Notes under the pieces: model-generated
Database searches by the model: none
What the model was told of the DNA's origin: nothing
Seen by the model: only the letters and a program-made list of their open reading frames with translations
Program-made: the position numbers and the translations under genes
Source of the DNA: [Ruminococcus] faecis JCM 15917
Lineage (GTDB): Bacteria; Bacillota; Clostridia; Lachnospirales; Lachnospiraceae
Direction of reading: 5' to 3'
DNA: 24,000 bases
NCBI GenBank assembly: GCA_001312505.1
Contig: BBDW01000008.1
Span: 18,173 to 42,172, forward strand
Shown here: positions 18,401-24,000 of the stretch, in pieces
Position numbering within the stretch: position 1 is the stretch's first letter
How the letters are laid out: each line of letters begins with the position of its first letter

Positions 18401-19226
18401 TAAAATTATTCATAGCAGTGTTGTAGACGGACCGGGAAACAGAGCAGCTGTTTTTTTACAAAAATGTAATTTTAAGTGTTCTTACTGTCACAATCCGGAG
18501 ACAATCGGGCAGTGTGTTCAATGTGGTGCATGTGTCGAGAAGTGTCCAGCCAAAGCACTTTCCCTGAAAGACGGAAAGATTGTATGGGATGAAGATAAAT
18601 GTTGTGAATGTGATACTTGTATCCATGTATGTCCTCATATGTCTTCGCCACGAGTGAAAGATTATACAGCGGAACAGATTATGGAACAGATTGCACCGGA
18701 TCTTCCATATATAAGAGGAATTACGGTGTCAGGCGGTGAGTGTACACTGCAAAGAGATTTCCTGGCTGAGTTATTTTTATTAGCGAAGCAGCAAGGATTA
18801 TCAACATTAATTGATAGTAATGGCAGTTATGATTTTTCACAGGATGCAGAGCTTATGAATGTTTGTGATGGTGTGATGTTGGATGTTAAAGCATTTGATT
18901 GCGATGCACATAAGAAATTAACCGGTATGAGTAATGAGCAGGTTCTGAAAAATGCAGTTTACTTAGCTGAACATGGAAAGCTTGAGGAGATTCGTACAGT
19001 TATAGTACCGGATCAACTGCCGAATGAAGATACTGTTTTTCAAATCACAAAATTGCTGAAGCCGTATTTAGATAAAAAACAAATTCGATATAAAATAATC
19101 GCTTATCGTCAGTTTGGAGTTCGTTCTCCATATGATCAGATTTTCAGGACTCCATCATCCAATGAAATGATGAAATACAAAAAAATCGCGGAGGATAATG
19201 GATTTGAAAATATTATTTTGATATAG
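18387..19226 (+). CDS. yjjW: Glycyl-radical enzyme activating radical-SAM protein (YjjW family)
   Basis: It overlaps yjjI by 14 nt. It has the radical-SAM motif CNFKCSYCHNPE, two ferredoxin-type clusters (CVQCGACVEKCP and CCECDTCIHVCP) and the SAM-binding motif GITVSGGECT. Confidence 0.9.
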   Translation: MAIVNKIIHSSVVDGPGNRAAVFLQKCNFKCSYCHNPETIGQCVQCGACVEKCPAKALSLKDGKIVWDEDKCCECDTCIHVCPHMSSPRVKDYTAEQIMEQIAPDLPYIRGITVSGGECTLQRDFLAELFLLAKQQGLSTLIDSNGSYDFSQDAELMNVCDGVMLDVKAFDCDAHKKLTGMSNEQVLKNAVYLAEHGKLEEIRTVIVPDQLPNEDTVFQITKLLKPYLDKKQIRYKIIAYRQFGVRSPYDQIFRTPSSNEMMKYKKIAEDNGFENIILI

Positions 19227-19242
19227 TAAAAGGAGGGAAAAG

Positions 19243-20237
19243 ATGAAGATTTGTATTGATTGCGATCCGGGTGTAGATGATTCTTTAGCTATATTATTTG
19301 CGCTGGCAAGACCGGATGTAGAAGTTGTTGGCATTTCTACAAGTGTTGGAAACGTGACAGCAAAGCAAGGCGCTGACAATGCGTTGAGAATCTTAAAATT
19401 AGCAGGAATGGAGCATAAGATTCCGGTATGTGTCGGGGGGGCTGAACAACCGTTGAATGGAGATGAGGTTGATTTCCCGGAATTTATTCATGGGAAAAAT
19501 GGAATCGGTAATGTTGAATTACCACCATCCGATCAAAAACCTGTTGATATGGATGTATGTGATTTTCTGTATCAGATTGCTTCTGAAAATGAAGGCGAAC
19601 TGGTGTTAGTCACATTAGGACGAATGACCAATATTGCAAAAACAATCAAACGTTATCCGGATTTCGCCGGAAAGATTAAAAAGGTTGTGTCCATGGGCGG
19701 AACGGTTTTAGCTACAGGTAATGTTTCGCCTGTTGTTGAAGCTAATATCGGAGGAGATCCTGAGGCAGCCGACATAGTCGTTCAAACACCATGGGATATG
19801 ACAATGGTAGGATTGGATGTGACATTAAAGACAATCTTAAGAAAAGAAGACTTAGAATATGCAGAAAAATATTGCAGAGAAGAGTGTAAAGAGCAGATTC
19901 ATTCTTAAGAGAAGAGATGAAATGGTATATGCAGGGCGCAAGACAGCAGAATTGGATGAGAGAATGTTGTCCGCTTCACGATCCGCTGGCAATGATCGTA
20001 GCGGTAGATCCAAGTGTGGTAAAGACACACAGATGTGTTACCAGAATAGAATGTGAAGGTGCATATTGTAAAGGAATGGTCGTAACAGACTTAAGAGAAT
20101 ATCCAATTGATGGAGAATATGTAAATCATTGTATGGAAGTTGATTCCAAAAAAGTTTTAGACACTTTGTTCGCGGCGTTTTTATTAAAAAGTATTAAGAA
20201 GAAAGAAAACGTATTCTACGAGGAGGAAATAAAATGA
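19243..20237 (+). pseudogene. Inosine/uridine-preferring nucleoside hydrolase family protein, with one -1 frameshift
   Basis: It has the N-terminal Asp cluster KICIDCDPGVDDSLAI and the C-terminal CPLHDPLAM motif. ORFs 19243..19908 and 19917..20237 join if one base is added at ~19888-19894 (..YCREECK(E)|ADSFLREEMKWYMQG..), giving 331 aa. RBS AAGGAGGG lies 16 nt after the yjjW stop. Confidence 0.9.
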
Positions 20238-21292
20238 GAAAGATGAAAAAATGGTTGGCACTTATGGTAGCAGGTATGATGACAGTAGGTTTAATGGGAT
20301 GTTCAGGGTCATCAGATGAAGGAAAGAAAGAATCTGGTTCAGATAAAGCAGACATGAAAGCTGCTGTGGTTTTTGGCTTAGGCGGCCTGGGAGATCAGTC
20401 TTATAATGACCTTGCATATGAAGGTATGGAACGTGCAAAGGAAGAACTCGGCGTAGACTATGACTATGCTGAGCCAAAAGAAGTAACAGATTTTGAGACA
20501 ATTCTTCGTGCGATGAGTGATTCAAACGAATATGAAGTAATCATTGGTGTTGGCTTTGATTCTGTAGATGCGTTAGCATCAGTAGCACCGGATTATCCGG
20601 ATCAGAAATATGCTTCCATTGATTCATCTTTAGTAGGGGGGGATAATATTGTAAGTTATTCCTGCAAAGAACAGGAAGGATCGTTCCTTGTAGGAGCGTT
20701 GGCAGCATATATGAAACAGGATGCAGCTACATATGGATTAGAAGATAATCATAAATATGGATTTGTAGGTGCACTTGAGAATGATATTATCAACCATTTT
20801 GCAGCAGGATATCGTGCAGGAATCGAGTATGTTGATTCTGATGCAGATGTAGCAATCCAGTATGTAGGCGGAGATAATCCGTTTGGTGATACAACAACTG
20901 CAAAAGAAATTGCAACGACTCAGAAGGGGGGGAAAGGTTATGACATCATTTTCCATGCAGCGGGCGGATCAGGTCTTGGTGTGTTTGCAGCAGCTCAGGA
21001 ATCTGATTTCATTGCAATCGGTGCAAACTCAAATCAGAATATCATAGATCCGGATCATATCGTAGCAAGTATGTTAAAACGTGTTGATGTTGCAGCATAT
21101 GATATTGTAAAAGCAGCACTCGAAGGAGATCTTCAGGTTGGAAGCGAAAAGGTTTTAGGACTGGAAGATGAAGGAATTGGATATACATTAGATGGCAGCA
21201 ATATTAAAGTTCCGGAAGATGTAGTAGAAAAATTAGAAGAGATAAAAGAGAAAATCATTGCTGGAGAAATTCAGGTTCCGGTAGAGCTGTAG
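20234..21292 (+). CDS. BMP-family (PnrA/TmpC-like) ABC transporter substrate-binding lipoprotein, probable nucleoside binding
   Basis: An ATGA overlap links it to the hydrolase stop. RBS AGGAGGA (20221-20227). The lipobox is GLMGC (MKKWLALMVAGMMTVGLMGCSGSS). The 352-aa protein is followed by the typical fused-ATPase and two-permease set. Confidence 0.9.
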   Translation: MRKMKKWLALMVAGMMTVGLMGCSGSSDEGKKESGSDKADMKAAVVFGLGGLGDQSYNDLAYEGMERAKEELGVDYDYAEPKEVTDFETILRAMSDSNEYEVIIGVGFDSVDALASVAPDYPDQKYASIDSSLVGGDNIVSYSCKEQEGSFLVGALAAYMKQDAATYGLEDNHKYGFVGALENDIINHFAAGYRAGIEYVDSDADVAIQYVGGDNPFGDTTTAKEIATTQKGGKGYDIIFHAAGGSGLGVFAAAQESDFIAIGANSNQNIIDPDHIVASMLKRVDVAAYDIVKAALEGDLQVGSEKVLGLEDEGIGYTLDGSNIKVPEDVVEKLEEIKEKIIAGEIQVPVEL

Positions 21293-21300
21293 GAAATAAG

Positions 21301-21337
21301 AAAAGAAGATGTTTGAAGTTTAAGCATCTTCTTTTTC
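21301..21337 (+). terminator. Intercistronic stem-loop / partial terminator after the binding-protein gene
   Basis: AAAAGAAGATG (21301-21311) is perfectly complementary to CATCTTCTTTT (21325-21335), with a 13-nt loop and a T-rich 3' end. Confidence 0.5.
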
Positions 21338-21359
21338 ATAAAATATCGAGGTGGCAAAT

Positions 21360-22864
21360 ATGTATGCTGTGGAAATGAGAAAAATTACGAAGCGCTTTGG
21401 TAGTTTTACTGCAAACGATCAAATCGATTTCTTAGTAAAAAAAGGTGAAATACACTGCCTGTTAGGAGAAAACGGAGCAGGAAAAACAACATTGATGAAT
21501 GTGCTGTTCGGTTTGTACAAAGCAGACGAAGGCGAATTAAAGATAAACGGTAAAGAGATTAAAAAACATTCTGCAAGAAATGCTTTTCAATGTGGATTAG
21601 GAATGGTTCATCAGCATTTCATGTTAGTGGATGCACTTACAGTATGGGAAAATGTTGTGATCGGAAATGAACCAGGAAAGTTCAGTATCAATAAAAAAGA
21701 AGCAATAAAAAAGGTTCAGGAGTTATCAGACAAATATCATTTCGATTTGAATGCAGAGGCTAAGGTTGCAGATTTGTCAATTGGTATGAAACAAAGAGTA
21801 GAGATTTTGAAAACTCTGTACCGCGGTGCAGAAATCCTGATTTTGGACGAACCGACAGCGTATTAACTCCACAAGAAGTATTAGAGCTTTTGGATATTTT
21901 CAGAGATATCAGAAAACAGGGAAAGACGATTATCTTCATTACACATAAGCTGAATGAGACAAAAGCGGTATCGGATTCACTTACTGTATTAAGAGCCGGA
22001 AAATCGGTGTTCCAGGCAGCTACAAAGGATGTTACGGTAGAAATGCTTGCGAATGAGATGGTCGGACATGAAGTTTCTTTCCATTTGGAGCGTAAGAAAC
22101 AGGATGCAGGTGAAACGATATTATCAATCGAGAATGTAAAGTTGCTTGAAAATGCGTCCAATACAGTTTCACTTGATGTTCATGCCGGGGGGGAAATCCT
22201 TGGAATTGCAGGAGTTGAAGGGAATGGACAGATGCAGTTGGAAGAGATGATCATGGGACTGCAGAAGTGTAAAGAAGGAAAGATTTCCATCAAGGGAGAA
22301 GATATTACAGAATGTCCAACGAAAAAGCGTTTGGGACTTGGTATGAGTTATATTCCTTCTGAAAGACATCAGCGTGCAATCCTTCCAGGATTTTCAATCC
22401 TAGAAAATTATCTATTGGGAAATCAGAATGATCCGAAATATGTTCAGCATGGCTGGATTAATTTCAAGACATTATCTGAGACAACAAAAAAATTAATGGA
22501 AAAATATGATGTGCGTGCGGTGGATGAAAAGCAGAGTATAGGATCTTTGTCAGGTGGAAACCAGCAGAAGATGGTTTTGAGTCGAGAAGTAGAAAAAGAT
22601 TCTGATTTCATTCTGGTCTGCCAGCCGGTCAGAGGTCTGGATATAGGAGCAATCAATTATATTCATGAAATCTTGTTGGAACTGAGGAATCAAGGAAAAG
22701 CTATTTTACTGATTTCAGCAGAACTTACAGACATTTTCCAATTATGTGATCGTATTGCGGTTATGTACAAAGGAGAGGTCATGGCACTTGGAAAAAATGA
22801 AGAATTTACAAATGAGTCAATAGGTCTGCTAATGGCTGGTCAAAGGGGGGGCGTGGAATCATAA
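21360..22864 (+). pseudogene. ABC transporter ATP-binding protein with two fused NBDs (nucleoside/sugar type), with one -1 frameshift
   Basis: NBD1 has Walker A GENGAGKTT, signature LSIGMKQRVEIL and Walker B ILILDEPTA. The frame breaks at ~21857-21860 (GCGTATTA seen; GCGGTATTA would give the canonical DEPTAVLTPQEVLELLDIF). NBD2 has GVEGNGQ, LSGGNQQK and LVCQPVRGLD. The joined protein is 501 aa. The start is ATG 21360, after GAGGTGG. Confidence 0.9.
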
Positions 22865-23928
22865 TGGAAAAACAAACTGTAAAAAAACAAAAAGTATTTT
22901 TAAGTCTTGAACAATTATACTTATCAATATTTGCAATTATTTTATCCTTATTAATTACTGCATTGATCATGCTTGTATCAGGGGGGGAAAATCCAATCAA
23001 TGCATTTCAGGCACTGTTAGCAGGCGCTTTAGGATCTAAAACTGCGATTGCGACAACATTAGGCAAAACAGTACCGTTATTATTTGTTGGTATGGCATGT
23101 GCATTTTCTAACAAAGCAGGCTTATTTAATATCGGATGTGAAGGCCAGCTTTATATCGGAGCATTGACAGCAACAGCGACAGCGTTGGCAATGCAGGGGG
23201 GGCTTCCTAGATTTCTTGTTATTCTTGTATCATTTTTAACAGGAATGATGTCCGGAGCACTGGTTGGAGGATTCAATGGCCTTTTAAAGGCAAAGCTGAA
23301 TATTAATGAAGTACTTGTGGCAATCATGCTGAACTATATTATGAAGTTTTTCGCAAGCTACTGTGTACATGGTCCGATGAAAGATCCGAAATCCAAAGTT
23401 ATGCAATCACCTTCGATCGGTCAGGAATATATGCTTACGAAAATCCTGCCAAAATCTCAGCTGACTACAGCATTGATTCTGGGATTGATCCTGGCAGCAC
23501 TGTTATATGTATTTATCAACAAAACAGGAGCAGGTTTTGCACTTCGTGCAGTTGGAGAAAATGGTTCTGCGGCACAGGCAGCAGGAATCAGTATGGTTAA
23601 GACAGTTATTATTACGATGGCAGCCAGTGGAGCGATTGCAGCATTGACAGGAGTTACGGAAGTATTCGGAAAAACAGGAAAGTTCGTAGACGGATTTTCT
23701 CCTGGATATGGATTCACAGGAATCGCGGTTGCTGTATTAGGTAATAACCATCCGGTTGGAGTTATCTTGAGTGCACTTTTATTTGGAATTTTAGAATCAG
23801 GTGCAATGACAATGAGTTATGTGGCCGGCGTTTCAACAAGTATGATCAAAGTGATGCAAGGTCTGGTTATTCTATTCGTAGCGACTCCGGAATTAGTTGC
23901 ATTCATGAAGAGAAGGAGGGCGAAATAA
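22864..23928 (+). CDS. ABC transporter permease (BMP-system, NupB/YufP-like)
   Basis: It is translationally coupled by a TAATG overlap with the ATPase stop. The 354-aa hydrophobic polytopic protein fits the standard BMP-transporter gene order. Confidence 0.85.
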   Translation: MEKQTVKKQKVFLSLEQLYLSIFAIILSLLITALIMLVSGGENPINAFQALLAGALGSKTAIATTLGKTVPLLFVGMACAFSNKAGLFNIGCEGQLYIGALTATATALAMQGGLPRFLVILVSFLTGMMSGALVGGFNGLLKAKLNINEVLVAIMLNYIMKFFASYCVHGPMKDPKSKVMQSPSIGQEYMLTKILPKSQLTTALILGLILAALLYVFINKTGAGFALRAVGENGSAAQAAGISMVKTVIITMAASGAIAALTGVTEVFGKTGKFVDGFSPGYGFTGIAVAVLGNNHPVGVILSALLFGILESGAMTMSYVAGVSTSMIKVMQGLVILFVATPELVAFMKRRRAK

Positions 23929-24000
23929 TGGAAAATTTAGCACATCTTTTTTCTATGGATATGGTCATGGTTACTTTGCGAATGGCCATTCCCTTAATTC
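23928..24000 (+). CDS. Second ABC transporter permease of the BMP system (5' fragment, runs off the window)
   Basis: ATG 23928 overlaps the previous stop (TAATG). The N-terminus MENLAHLFSMDMVMVTLRMAIPLI is hydrophobic. Only 24 codons are visible. Confidence 0.55.
   Translation, partial: MENLAHLFSMDMVMVTLRMAIPLI

Noticed and set aside
19859-20056. Alternative-frame ORFs at gene junctions: 19859..20056, 7842..8072, 1941..2141, 13199..13384, 13472..13681 and 13895..14083.
   Set aside because: They are embedded in or overlap confident genes in another frame, and their Cys/Arg-rich nonsense composition is not protein-like. 19859..20056 merely spans the nucleoside hydrolase frameshift.
146-23202. 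The G7 runs as G-quadruplex elements or as classical phase-variation switches.
   Set aside because: A quadruplex needs four closely spaced G runs, and these are isolated single runs hundreds of bases apart. Phase-variable tracts usually sit in surface or restriction genes, whereas these are spread over core transporters and enzymes. All 14 CDS-internal G7 runs are in the ON frame at one identical length.
1-24000. A search for CRISPR arrays, tRNA/rRNA genes, integrases, toxin-antitoxin pairs or known defence genes.
   Set aside because: I found no spaced direct repeats, no cloverleaf-like or rRNA-like segments, and no ORF with recombinase, nuclease or defence-type motifs. The only mobile-element signature is the ORF-less element at 9037-9194.

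Overview
This looks like a chromosomal segment from a low-GC Gram-positive gut anaerobe (Clostridia/Lachnospiraceae-like). The basis is GGAGG-type ribosome-binding sites, lipoprotein-type ABC binding proteins and gene content. I count 21 genes, 19 of them on the + strand, in four blocks. (1) 1-7160 is a lacto-N-biose/galacto-N-biose utilisation locus: a GH112 phosphorylase, a sugar ABC importer, then a small helical protein and a cytoplasmic beta-helix protein. (2) 7336-8067 is a DUF554 membrane protein. (3) 8088-14393 is a LysR regulator divergent from an operon encoding a TIM-barrel isomerase/dehydratase-like protein, an FMN/FAD/4Fe-4S enoate-reductase-like flavoprotein, a shikimate/quinate-dehydrogenase-like protein and an MFS transporter. 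A 142-bp MITE-like element sits in its control region, and an orphan membrane protein follows at 14602-15972. (4) 16040-24000 is a Crp/Fnr regulator divergent from an operon that joins an orphan YjjI/YjjW glycyl-radical enzyme pair to a nucleoside hydrolase and a BMP-type nucleoside ABC importer. I saw no rRNA, tRNA, CRISPR, phage or recognisable defence genes. Major caveat: 7 of the 21 genes are interrupted by 11 single-base run-length changes. The window also carries 15 G7 runs and 1 C7 run, and every one that lies in a CDS keeps the reading frame. This looks more like systematic homopolymer miscalling in the assembly than biology, and it should be resolved before any pseudogene call is believed.
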